Part shown: positions 9,881-19,224 of the stretch, one piece after another
Layout: each line of letters starts with the position of its first letter
Position numbering within the stretch: position 1 is the first letter of the stretch
Origin: Nanobdellota archaeon
GTDB lineage: Archaea; Nanobdellota; Nanobdellia; Parvarchaeales; Parvarchaeaceae
Assembly (NCBI GenBank): GCA_021799085.1
Contig: JAJZBD010000002.1
Location: 103,376-167,375 of the forward strand
Direction: 5' to 3'
Length of the DNA stretch: 64,000 nt
Program-made: the position numbers and the translations under genes
The notes under the pieces: model-generated
What the model was told of the DNA's origin: nothing
The model's database searches: none
The model's input: only the letters and a program-made list of their open reading frames with translations

Positions 9881-10294
9881 ATGAGAATAAAAGACTTGCA
9901 ACCTATAGAACCAATTGACTTAAACCCTTTCCAGCAGCTTGACAGGTTCATTTCAGGCTTTGGGTTTAACTTCAATTACCCGAGGGTCGACATATTAGAT
10001 GAAAACAACAGGGTTAAAGTAATTGCAGACCTGCCAGGTGTGGGCAAAGAAGACATAAAGCTGAAGATAGAAGAGGACAGGCTCATAATAAGGGCAAATA
10101 CGCAAAAAGAGGTAGAAGAAAAGAAGGATAACTATTACAGAGTGGAAAGAAACTCCGCAGGTTATTACAGAGAGATTGCTTTGCCTGCGCCTGTGCAAAA
10201 GGAAGGAAGTAAGGCAAGCTTCAAGAACGGGGTATTAACTGTGGAGCTGCTGAAGAAGAAAGGGGCAGAAGACAATGACATAGATATAGAGTGA
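9881..10294 (+). CDS. hsp20: Small heat-shock protein (Hsp20/alpha-crystallin)
   Basis: PRVDI, ADLPGVGKEDI, ERNS.GYYREI.LP, ASFKNGVL, C-terminal IDI; SD GGGAGGTG. Confidence 0.92.
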   Translation: MRIKDLQPIEPIDLNPFQQLDRFISGFGFNFNYPRVDILDENNRVKVIADLPGVGKEDIKLKIEEDRLIIRANTQKEVEEKKDNYYRVERNSAGYYREIALPAPVQKEGSKASFKNGVLTVELLKKKGAEDNDIDIE

Positions 10295-10363
10295 TTTTTG
10301 TTTTAATTTTTCTTTTCTTTTTTTGGATAAAAGTTTATAATTAAAAAAATGCTATCCTTAAAG

Positions 10364-10948
10364 ATGGAAAGGAAAGTTTATACTGAAATCAAGGAAATAG
10401 TAAATCCAGAACATACTGCACTTATAGTGTGGGATGTACAGAAAATGCTGGTGAACAACATATACAACAAGGAAGAATTTCTTAAAAACATTAATGAACT
10501 GATAGAAAGCGCAAGAACTAAAGGGATGCCAATATTCTTTACAAGGATTACGCCATTGCCGAAGGAATTTGAATCTCCTGCTAGAAAGTACTCTTCAAGC
10601 AAAATGAAGTTCAACCTTTCGCAACTACCTAAAGAAATGTTTGACTTAGCTATTGAACCTAAAAGCAATGAAATAGTCATAAACAAAAACACTGCAAGCA
10701 TATTCATAGGCACAAATTTCGAGCTTATGTGTAGAAATGCAGGTATTGAAACATTGATAATCGCAGGAATAGCAACTGAAATAGGGGTTGAATCTACGGC
10801 AAGAGATGCAGCAAACCGAGGCTTTTATGTAGTTGTAGATTCAAATGCCTCTTCTTCAAGTGACAAAGAAGCTCATGAAAGATCCCTTGAGAACATGAAA
10901 AAGCTTTTTGATGTTCTATCTACTGAGGATATAATAAAGGCGCTTTGA
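10364..10948 (+). CDS. Isochorismatase/cysteine hydrolase family (YecD-like)
   Basis: TALIVWDVQ, INKNTASIF.GT, GIATEIGVESTARDA. Confidence 0.85.
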   Translation: MERKVYTEIKEIVNPEHTALIVWDVQKMLVNNIYNKEEFLKNINELIESARTKGMPIFFTRITPLPKEFESPARKYSSSKMKFNLSQLPKEMFDLAIEPKSNEIVINKNTASIFIGTNFELMCRNAGIETLIIAGIATEIGVESTARDAANRGFYVVVDSNASSSSDKEAHERSLENMKKLFDVLSTEDIIKAL

Positions 10949-11196
10949 TGGCTTTAAAAAAAGACAGAGATAGGATAAGAAAAAAGATAGAGAGAAATTA
11001 CAAGGTTTTAGGTTGGATAAACGATTTTATGATAGGGTTGGAGTTCTTAATAGGCAGCATAGAATTCCTACCGGGGCACTTGAACACAATAGGAGTTTAT
11101 CTCTTCATCTTGGGCAGCTTCCAGATATTATTAGTCCCAACGATAAGGATATCAAGGGACATACACTTGAAACTTAGACTAAAAAACCATAAATAG
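10948..11196 (+). CDS. YrhK-like small membrane protein
   Basis: NDF.IG..FLIGSI.F...GVYLFILGS.Q.L..P.IR pattern. Confidence 0.7.
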   Translation: MALKKDRDRIRKKIERNYKVLGWINDFMIGLEFLIGSIEFLPGHLNTIGVYLFILGSFQILLVPTIRISRDIHLKLRLKNHK

Positions 11197-11216
11197 AATC
11201 AACAACTTAAACAAAT

Positions 11217-12110
11217 ATGGAAACAAAGGAATTCAATAAGACAAAAAGCAAACTTTCTATTATCGGAGTTGGCACTTGGCAGCTTAGCAGCAACAGAGAA
11301 GAGAACGTGAAAGCAATAAAATATGCAATAGACAACGGAGTAAACTTCATAGATACCGCAGAGATGTATAATACCGAGGACATTGTCGGAGAGGCAATTA
11401 AAGGCTATGAAAGAGATAAGCTCTTCATCGCAAGCAAGGTGTGGCCCACGCATTTTAAATATGAAGATGTAATAAAGGCATGCGAAGCCAGCCTAAAGAA
11501 GATAGGAACAGATTATTTAGACTTATACCAATTGCATTGGCCTAACAAATCGGTTTCAATAAAAGAGACAATGCAAGCGATGGAAAAGCTAGTAGATGAA
11601 GGAAAGATAAAGAACATAGGAATAAGCAACTTTTCGCTTGATGAGATGAAGGAAGCACAGGCCGTTATGTCAAAGCATGAGATAGCATCTAATCAAGTAG
11701 AATACAGCATAGTTACAAGAGACATAGAAAAAACGGGAGTGTTCGATTACTGCAAAGAAAATCACATTGCGGTAATAGCTTATAGTCCATTATCTCACGG
11801 AAAGATCTTTGATAACAAAGAACTGCTTGCCGATATTAGTAAGATATCAAGTAAATACGGAAAGACTCCTGCGCAGGTGGCATTAAGCTGGCTAGTTCAC
11901 AGAGACAATACATTCCCGATACCAAAAGCAAGTAATCCAGCTCACATGAAAGAAGACCTTGAAGCGGCTAAAATAAAGCTTAATAAAGAAGACCTAGATT
12001 TTCTTTCAAGTTTGGAAGGAAAATACTACACTGAGCCGATAGCAAAACAGCATAAAAAGAATGAAGACAAGATAAACAGCTATAATTTCAAGGAAGAGAA
12101 GATAAACTAA
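11217..12110 (+). CDS. Aldo/keto reductase
   Basis: GVGTW, DTAEMY, SKVWP, YLDLYQLHWP, IGISNF, AYSPL, PIPKAS. Confidence 0.93.
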   Translation: METKEFNKTKSKLSIIGVGTWQLSSNREENVKAIKYAIDNGVNFIDTAEMYNTEDIVGEAIKGYERDKLFIASKVWPTHFKYEDVIKACEASLKKIGTDYLDLYQLHWPNKSVSIKETMQAMEKLVDEGKIKNIGISNFSLDEMKEAQAVMSKHEIASNQVEYSIVTRDIEKTGVFDYCKENHIAVIAYSPLSHGKIFDNKELLADISKISSKYGKTPAQVALSWLVHRDNTFPIPKASNPAHMKEDLEAAKIKLNKEDLDFLSSLEGKYYTEPIAKQHKKNEDKINSYNFKEEKIN

Positions 12111-12142
12111 ATGCATTAAAGCAGAGAAAATCAATAATTTAT

Positions 12143-12520
12143 ATGGCATGCAATACTTTAGACCTTTTGAATGTGCTTGGAAAGAAGTGGGACGCAACAG
12201 TATTAGAGGAAATAACCAAAAATGATGGCATAAACTTCGACAAGCTGCTTTCATTGAATCCTAAGATATACCCTAAAACGCTTAATAAAGCGTTAAATGA
12301 TTTAGTGAAAAGAGGGCTCATAACCAAGAAGGTATCATATAACAATAACATGAAAAGGAGTGAATACAGCATGACTGAAACTGGCAAATCACTAGTTTCT
12401 GCATTTGAAACATTTAAAAAAGTCAATTGCAATGGTTCAGAAAGCGTTAAGAACTGCGGAGAATGCCAAAATGGACCAAACGGTAATAACCAAGAAGTTA
12501 GCAATCCTATAAAAATATAA
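12143..12520 (+). CDS. HxlR-family winged-helix regulator with N-terminal Cys and C-terminal CxxC
   Basis: C...LNVLGKKW...L, PKTL...L..L...GLI, EYSMTE.G. Confidence 0.8.
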   Translation: MACNTLDLLNVLGKKWDATVLEEITKNDGINFDKLLSLNPKIYPKTLNKALNDLVKRGLITKKVSYNNNMKRSEYSMTETGKSLVSAFETFKKVNCNGSESVKNCGECQNGPNGNNQEVSNPIKI

Positions 12521-12603
12521 AATACCTTTTTAAAATAAGGCAGTAAAGCTGCATTTTTTTGCAGTTGAACTATTTATAGGGATAATTAGTTATTTGATAA
12601 GGT

Positions 12604-14037
12604 ATGGACAAGGATAAAAAAGGCAATAGCTCATTTTTTAGCCCTTTGATCGATTTAATGCATGATCAGTACATAAAATATGTGCCATCTTATGGCAACA
12701 GCTTCTTTTTCACGATAGGAATATACCTTTTAGAATTATTCGTAATATTGGCAATAAGCGGCATGATAATGCTAATTTTTGGCCCTTACTGGTGGGATAC
12801 TACTGCAATCGGTACCTTCTTCCGAAGCTTACATTTATGGGCAGCAGAAGCCTTTGTGACATTGATGTTTATCCATCTTTTCGTTAATTTTTCAACGTCT
12901 GCATTCAGAAAGAAAAAGCTTGTTTGGATGATTGGCAGTGTGCTTCTTCTTTTGGTTTTACTAGAATTTGCATTTGGTATAGGAGTCCAAGGGGGGCTGC
13001 TTTCACAGTGGAACGACAAGGCAGGTGCGGACCTATGGAATGGCATGGGCTTAGGCTTTTGGGTAAATCCATTGAATCAAGGGGCCGTTTTAGGCTGGCA
13101 TGTAGCCATAATCCCTATTCTTTTGATTCTGCTTATGTTTATGCATTATTCATTGGTAAAAAAAGACGGATTAAGCACTCCTTATAGAAAAGACATACCT
13201 TATAAGATGGTAAAGGCAGACCATAAAAAGATGTACAGAAGAATGATTTATATTTTCATAATAGTATTGGTGTTTGCATTTGTATTCAGCTCACCGTATA
13301 TAGCACCTTTGACAATTAGTCAGGCAGCAAATTCTAATCCTTCTGGAGTTGCAACTACTTTGCTGCAGGAATTCAACTTTTCATCGGGGACTGCTACTTA
13401 CCTTGACAGTATAGATCCGTATACTTTTAGTACTAGGGCAGTTTACTTCACAGTTCCATATTACACTTATGTAAACCTTGAAAATAAAACAAATGAACTT
13501 TCAATATTTTTTAATGAAAGCCCTTCGCAACAAAAAGCGCAGTTTATGCAAGCGTATAATTACTTTAGCAACAATGGCTCAATTTCAAGTGCAATGAATT
13601 CTCAAAACCCATTAATAATTGCGACTGCCAGTTTGACTAAAATGGCGGAATCGGGAGAATATCAATTAGTGGTACAAAATGAAAGCTCCAGTGGATTGGA
13701 TGAAACGTATGTTTTAAGATTTTTGTACGATACAGGTGCGTTGACGACTGCTGCAACGCATTATGGCTTAAGGACTGCACAGTGGGGAATGCTAAAGGTA
13801 GGCGCACCCCCCTGGTCTATAGAATATTGGCTTATACCATACGATGCCCTTGAGATAGCAACATCAAATATTTCATGGTGGAATGACCTTGAGAATGGAT
13901 TGGTAGCAATAAGCATCTTTTTCATATTGATGCTGTTTCCATTTATTCCATATTTGAATAAATTGCCTGATAAACTGAAGATGTACAAGCTGTTTTGGAA
14001 CAAGTACACAAATCCTGAAATGCGGAAGAAAAAGTAA
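12604..14037 (+). CDS. Cytochrome b/b6-like di-heme membrane protein with large extracytoplasmic insert
   Basis: SG...RSLHLW..(x13)..H and GWH..(x14)..H heme-ligand pairs; N/S/T-rich loop between TM blocks. Confidence 0.8.
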   Translation: MDKDKKGNSSFFSPLIDLMHDQYIKYVPSYGNSFFFTIGIYLLELFVILAISGMIMLIFGPYWWDTTAIGTFFRSLHLWAAEAFVTLMFIHLFVNFSTSAFRKKKLVWMIGSVLLLLVLLEFAFGIGVQGGLLSQWNDKAGADLWNGMGLGFWVNPLNQGAVLGWHVAIIPILLILLMFMHYSLVKKDGLSTPYRKDIPYKMVKADHKKMYRRMIYIFIIVLVFAFVFSSPYIAPLTISQAANSNPSGVATTLLQEFNFSSGTATYLDSIDPYTFSTRAVYFTVPYYTYVNLENKTNELSIFFNESPSQQKAQFMQAYNYFSNNGSISSAMNSQNPLIIATASLTKMAESGEYQLVVQNESSSGLDETYVLRFLYDTGALTTAATHYGLRTAQWGMLKVGAPPWSIEYWLIPYDALEIATSNISWWNDLENGLVAISIFFILMLFPFIPYLNKLPDKLKMYKLFWNKYTNPEMRKKK

Positions 14038-14092
14038 AGCCGTAACCAAATGGATAATAAAGGTTTATAAACAATAAAATATTACATTAATT

Positions 14093-14734
14093 ATGGGATT
14101 CGTAGATGAATTGGCATTGGAATTGTTCTTCGTTGCATTTATCGGATTTCTTATGGATTATACTGTGATTGCTATTTATAGGGATTACAAAGCAAGATAT
14201 GTAACTAAATCAAATTCAAAATTGAGCATAGAATCACACTTACAGGGCTCTATATACATGTTTGCGGCTATAGCAGTATTCATTCTTGTAATGGGCTTTT
14301 ATGGAGAAATGACCTGGAATTTACCCGGTGCATATAATTTACTATTCTATGATCCGTTCATAATGTTGGGAATAGTAACCCTTGGATTCGTATTATCAGT
14401 TAAATATAATCAGAAATTGCAGTACGTTGGACTTATTGCATTATTCATGGGCTTAGTCCTAATAGAATATGGTATTTCCGGTTATAATCTAGGGTATACT
14501 AAATCTCCAATAGCACTTCTTGGTTTGTATACAGCTTTTGGCATTGCAGGAATATTCGCTTATCCAACCACATTGGTAATGGACAAATATAGAGAGAATG
14601 GCAGCAATAAACCATTAAATAAAAGTTGGATCATTTACATAGTAATATTCTTAGTCTTCTTAACATTGGGCTCACTGCTTGCAGCCTATACCGGCGGAGC
14701 CGCGATTCCTGCCCACCTCGCAGCTCCTCCTTAA
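14093..14734 (+). CDS. DUF981-like multi-pass membrane protein
   Basis: F.D.L, TW.LPG.YN.LFYDP, Y...YTKSP, terminal HL..PP. Confidence 0.7.
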   Translation: MGFVDELALELFFVAFIGFLMDYTVIAIYRDYKARYVTKSNSKLSIESHLQGSIYMFAAIAVFILVMGFYGEMTWNLPGAYNLLFYDPFIMLGIVTLGFVLSVKYNQKLQYVGLIALFMGLVLIEYGISGYNLGYTKSPIALLGLYTAFGIAGIFAYPTTLVMDKYRENGSNKPLNKSWIIYIVIFLVFLTLGSLLAAYTGGAAIPAHLAAPP

Positions 14735-14799
14735 TTGGTTAACTTTTAGTTTCTAAGGAAGCAAAAACTATTAATATTATTTACTTTCTGATAGAGAAA

Positions 14800-15675
14800 A
14801 TGAAAATAGAAATGATCCTTGGGGCAATGAGCAATATTGAAACCACCCATAATGGAAACCCTTACGAAGTAATAGCGAATATTTACCGTGCTAAAGACAG
14901 AGAAATAGATATACTGATAGGGCCGGAATGGAGCCTTACATCCGCTTCAGGAGTATATGTTCAGAAATTTATCAGAAACAACAAGGCAAAGGATGCAATT
15001 AATATGCTGTTCAATGCTCCGGATTACTGCGAATATGCACCTAGGGATGCAAAGAAAATACTTGAAGAAAAAATAAATGATGAATCACTGTTTAAAGAGG
15101 TTCCGAGAATACCTTACTCGAAAAGAGAATACGAAAAGCTGTTAAAAGGTCTTAAGATGGCAAGCAGGGGTTCAGATATGCTTATTTTTCCAGGAACTGC
15201 CATGTTTTATGATGAAAATAAGGCGCTGTATAACGTAATGCCAGTGATTAGAAACGGCGAAGTGATAAAAAGCGTTTACAAGTTCAATGATGGCCTCGGT
15301 TCAAAATTCAATTTAGAAGGAGCATTAAAGTTATATCCCTCTGAAACAAACAATGATGAATATTGCGAAGGGAAATACTCATTATCTTATGGGGAAGACC
15401 CAATAGTAAACTTTGAAGGCATAAACACTTCGGTTGAGATATGTGCCGATGCGGGGATACTAAAAAAATATGGCATAGATAATTTAGATCTGCAGGTGCT
15501 TTCTTCATGTGGTAATTCATCTACGGATAGCGTTATAAACAATAGTGGATACATTGCGGCCGTGGATGGATTTAAAGGTGTAGAAATAAATGTGTCCGGT
15601 AAATATGCACCGAAGTTAAGACCTATCGAAAAATCAAATGATCTACACTTATTTAATTTGCAGTTCGATCTCTAA
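14800..15675 (+). CDS. Divergent carbon-nitrogen hydrolase with insertion
   Basis: IGPEWSL, PGTA, YKFNDG, VEICAD, NLDLQVLSS; paralog of 1082..1879. Confidence 0.6.
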   Translation: MKIEMILGAMSNIETTHNGNPYEVIANIYRAKDREIDILIGPEWSLTSASGVYVQKFIRNNKAKDAINMLFNAPDYCEYAPRDAKKILEEKINDESLFKEVPRIPYSKREYEKLLKGLKMASRGSDMLIFPGTAMFYDENKALYNVMPVIRNGEVIKSVYKFNDGLGSKFNLEGALKLYPSETNNDEYCEGKYSLSYGEDPIVNFEGINTSVEICADAGILKKYGIDNLDLQVLSSCGNSSTDSVINNSGYIAAVDGFKGVEINVSGKYAPKLRPIEKSNDLHLFNLQFDL

Positions 15676-16232
15676 ACATTTGTTTTGGCGTCTTTCTTTC
15701 TATGCAAGTATTCTCTGCCCCAATAATATAAAAATGGGGATACACAGATTATTGTAAGCGGTATAAAAGACTGGGCATAGCTCATATTTGCTATTATGTT
15801 GTTATAGTTGTTCATTGAAAGATAATTATGTAGTGAAACTAGGGATTCGGATCCGCCCATACCAAGATATATACTTCCAAGCATTTGCTTGTCTTTCAAG
15901 CCAACTTTTTTATGTATCTTGGAAGAGAAGATATACATAGAAACGTTCGCTATTATATAGGAACTTATAGCAGAGGGAATTATTCCTATGTAGTTGAACA
16001 GCTTTGCCATTATAGGATTCGCTTCCTGGCCCCCTTGGTATTCCAAGCCAAAATAAGTAAGTATTCTGTCGGAAAACATCGCTGCGCTTTCATAAAGAAA
16101 CTTAAATTTAACTGCCAGGTTATCCTTATAGAATTTTTTCAAACCGGAAAAGGCCTTACTAAGGTAATATTTGAGGTTTTTATTCGCATAAACCTCTTTG
16201 TTTTCATCGTCGATTATGGAATCTAAGCCCAT
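15672..16232 (-). CDS. Membrane protein, DUF5658-like
   Basis: D..LTY.GL....EANP motif, several hydrophobic segments. Confidence 0.55.
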   Translation of the reverse strand: MGLDSIIDDENKEVYANKNLKYYLSKAFSGLKKFYKDNLAVKFKFLYESAAMFSDRILTYFGLEYQGGQEANPIMAKLFNYIGIIPSAISSYIIANVSMYIFSSKIHKKVGLKDKQMLGSIYLGMGGSESLVSLHNYLSMNNYNNIIANMSYAQSFIPLTIICVSPFLYYWGREYLHRKKDAKTNV

Positions 16233-16247
16233 TATACCTTTAAAAAA

Positions 16248-17456
16248 TCATCGCTTATAAACCCTTTTTTTATTTTGAGATAATACTTTAAAGTAGATAA
16301 ATCCGCCAACTGTTTGGAGAACCCCCCCAAAAAGAACTGGAAATGGCAGTGAAACATCCATCAAGTAACCGGATAAACCTGAACTTGTCTGTGCCAACCT
16401 GTTTGCTAGACCCATCACGCTTGATGCCGTCCCATAATCCTGAGAATCCACGCCGCTCATGTTTACTGCACTTCTTGATGGGGAGCCGAAACCCGCTATA
16501 AATGAACGGATAGTAAAGAAAAGAGATGAAAGAATAAACAACGGAGAAAATGCTATTATTATTAGCATCACTCCCTGCAATGCCCTTGTATAAGAGGCAG
16601 TAAAAAGCGTGGAAAACCTTGGAGAATATGCTTTTCTTGAGGCTGCAAATGCGGCAAGCGCAGTAGCTGCATATGAAATAGTATATATTATACCGATAAG
16701 GCTACTGTTTACACCGAAACGCAGTTCAAACCATAGGGGGAGAAGAGGAACTGCCATACCCAATCCCAAACCGTTGAAGGAATTAGCGATGATAACCTTA
16801 ATAGAGTAGTGTATGCTTTGCCGCTTCATTACTCTGGTCGTTTTTTTCGGTCTCTTTACCTCTGCGACAAACAATAGTGCGAATAGTGAGATAAAAATCA
16901 TGAAAGCTGAGAGCCCAAACAATATTCTGAAACTGTCTATTATACCCACTGAATTAACAAAAAAAGCCTTGAAATAAAGCATGAGGCTGCCGAATATTGC
17001 AAATGCAGAACCAACATACGTAGTATCCGCTAGTTTCTTTACTCTCTCTTTGCTATCCTTCCAGTTGCTCACTATCAATGCCGTAGACCCTGGTGAAAAA
17101 GTCCCTCTCATTCCTCCCGCAGCACCTGCTATTCCTCCAATTATTGCCGCTATGACTATTGCAAAAAAATTCACTGAGAGAGTAAGCAATATCAAGGCCG
17201 CGAGTGGAAAAACTTCTCCTATTATAAGTGATTTCTTATACCCTATTCTGTCGCCTAAAGCACCAAGAAGTAATGACAGGCCGGCATTGAATGCCATTAT
17301 GACAAAATATATTATTCCTATTGAGATTATGTTATAATGTAGTGCAAAAAGGTAAAGGGGCAAGGACAATGTGACAAATATGAGAGCTACGCTTCTAGAT
17401 GCCCTAGAAACCAGAAAGAACTTGAATGTCTTTTCTTCCTTGCTTACTCTATTCAT
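16248..17456 (-). CDS. MFS transporter (12-TM)
   Basis: GALGDRIGYKK motif A, about 12 hydrophobic helices. Confidence 0.85.
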   Translation of the reverse strand: MNRVSKEEKTFKFFLVSRASRSVALIFVTLSLPLYLFALHYNIISIGIIYFVIMAFNAGLSLLLGALGDRIGYKKSLIIGEVFPLAALILLTLSVNFFAIVIAAIIGGIAGAAGGMRGTFSPGSTALIVSNWKDSKERVKKLADTTYVGSAFAIFGSLMLYFKAFFVNSVGIIDSFRILFGLSAFMIFISLFALLFVAEVKRPKKTTRVMKRQSIHYSIKVIIANSFNGLGLGMAVPLLPLWFELRFGVNSSLIGIIYTISYAATALAAFAASRKAYSPRFSTLFTASYTRALQGVMLIIIAFSPLFILSSLFFTIRSFIAGFGSPSRSAVNMSGVDSQDYGTASSVMGLANRLAQTSSGLSGYLMDVSLPFPVLFGGVLQTVGGFIYFKVLSQNKKRVYKR

Positions 17457-17516
17457 TCATTTATTATCACAGCATACCGTATATATTCTTTTACCAGTAA
17501 AACATATTAGTTTTGT

Positions 17517-18584
17517 ATGCTCTATTATTATATGGAAAGGCTGGAAGGGCAGGGAGCAATAAGCATAGTAAAAAAAGGAAACTATATACTTCTTGATTTG
17601 AGAAAAGCAAAACATGGCCACATTTGGGAGGTTCCTGGTGGTGGAATAAAAGAAGGAGAAACGCCTGAAGAAGCTGTTAGAAGAGAAACAAAGGAGGAAG
17701 TAAACATAGACCTAAAGAATCCAATATGGTTAGGCGCAAAAAACCAGGGGATACACTGGATAAATACGGAAATAGACCATTTTTTCTTGTCAAATTCATT
17801 TGCAGGAGAGCCAAAGGCAGTTGATCTGGAAGACAAGGAAACCCTTGAAGTAAAATGGGCAAGGATAAGCGATATAAAAGCAATGCTAAATATAAGTTGG
17901 AGAGTAGTAGATGCCATGTACTTCCTTTCGCTTCGTTTTCCGGGCTTAAAAACGGAATACTACAAAATAAGAAACGCATTTGATAACCGTGCAGTGTATT
18001 CATTTGAGCAGCTTTCTTATTGGTCTGGAAAACTATCCTCTTTTTTCAGGTATAAAAACTATCTGGATAGAAGACTTGCGGACAAAATTGAAGATATTTT
18101 GGATAAACTCAGGCCACCCGTGCTCCAGATAAATCCTGGCTTCGGGGAAATAACGAAAAAATTGATAGAAAAATTCGGCAATGTTGACATTGTTGAACTT
18201 TCTCCCGAAGCAAGGTACCATCTAATTAAAAATTTCGGTAATAAACTGCATTTTATAAAAGGAATAGCTGAGAGTTTTCATTCAAACAAAAAATATAATA
18301 GCATAGTAGCATTGAACTCTTTTATATACCAGCCTTCTTACATCTTATTTGCGCAAAGCATTCTTTCTTCAATTAATCCAAATGGAAAACTAGTATTTTC
18401 ACCGCTTAGTATAAAACGCCACATCTTGCCTTCATCGTATGTAGCTTACCGCCATTCCATAAAAGCTTTGGATTCTTACAAGCAGTTTTTTGCAGATTTT
18501 GGCCTCGAATTTGATGAATTATACAGCTTTCCTCTAGACAGACTTAATAACATAAAAACAGATGTTCTTTCATTTATCAAGTAA
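17517..18584 (+). CDS. Nudix hydrolase fused to class I SAM-methyltransferase-like domain (start may be 17532)
   Basis: Nudix box PGGGIKEGETPEEAVRRETKEEV; degenerate motif I VLQINPGFG, VELS; paralog of 50482..51621. Confidence 0.75.
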   Translation: MLYYYMERLEGQGAISIVKKGNYILLDLRKAKHGHIWEVPGGGIKEGETPEEAVRRETKEEVNIDLKNPIWLGAKNQGIHWINTEIDHFFLSNSFAGEPKAVDLEDKETLEVKWARISDIKAMLNISWRVVDAMYFLSLRFPGLKTEYYKIRNAFDNRAVYSFEQLSYWSGKLSSFFRYKNYLDRRLADKIEDILDKLRPPVLQINPGFGEITKKLIEKFGNVDIVELSPEARYHLIKNFGNKLHFIKGIAESFHSNKKYNSIVALNSFIYQPSYILFAQSILSSINPNGKLVFSPLSIKRHILPSSYVAYRHSIKALDSYKQFFADFGLEFDELYSFPLDRLNNIKTDVLSFIK

Positions 18585-18603
18585 TATCGCTCTTACGATA
18601 TTA
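18582..18603. promoter_or_regulatory. Inverted repeat TAATATCG-N6-CGATATTA just upstream of the FMN reductase BRE/TATA
   Basis: Perfect 8-bp arms seen in sequence; operator or terminator role is inferred. Confidence 0.35.
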
Positions 18604-18640
18604 GCGAAAGATTTATATGCATTTAGTGCATGATTAAAAA

Positions 18641-19195
18641 ATGGAAAAAATAACAATAGCAGCAATCGCAGGAAGCCTTAGAAAGGACTCGTTCAACAAG
18701 GCAATAATAAATACTGCTAAAAAATATGCGCCTGAAAACATAGAAATAGAGATACTTGACTTGAAAGATATACCTTTGTTCAATCAAGATGAAGAAAAGG
18801 AAATGCCTGAAAGTGTAAAGATATTCAAGGATAAGATAAAGAAAGCAGACGCTGTACTAATAGCCACACCAGAATATGACAGGTCCATACCAGGGGTTCT
18901 AAAAAATGCAATAGACTGGGCTTCTAGGCCTTACGGCGACAATTCATTTGACGACAAAGCCGTTGCAACTATAGGAGCAAGCGGCGGTGCTATAATAGGA
19001 ACAGCGGTAGCACAGTACCATTTAAGGCAAATATTTTCATTTCTCAACGCGCATCCTTTAGAAAGGCCTCAGATTTTTATAGGGGGAGCAGGCGATAAAA
19101 TTGAAAACGGCCTGTTTGTAGATGAAGATACAGTAACATTGATAAAAGATCTTGTGCAAAAGCTTGCAGAATGGGCCATAAGGCTGAGAAAATAG
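18641..19195 (+). CDS. NADPH-dependent FMN reductase (ChrR/SsuE flavodoxin-like)
   Basis: GSLRKDSFN, ATPEYD.SIPGVLKNAIDWASRP. Confidence 0.92.
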   Translation: MEKITIAAIAGSLRKDSFNKAIINTAKKYAPENIEIEILDLKDIPLFNQDEEKEMPESVKIFKDKIKKADAVLIATPEYDRSIPGVLKNAIDWASRPYGDNSFDDKAVATIGASGGAIIGTAVAQYHLRQIFSFLNAHPLERPQIFIGGAGDKIENGLFVDEDTVTLIKDLVQKLAEWAIRLRK

Positions 19196-19224
19196 TATTT
19201 ATTCACAGAACTTAAATTTATTTA

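Noticed and set aside
10770-10800. Isochorismatase lacking the catalytic Cys (TEIGVEST)
   Set aside because: Matches the common YecD-like subfamily pattern.
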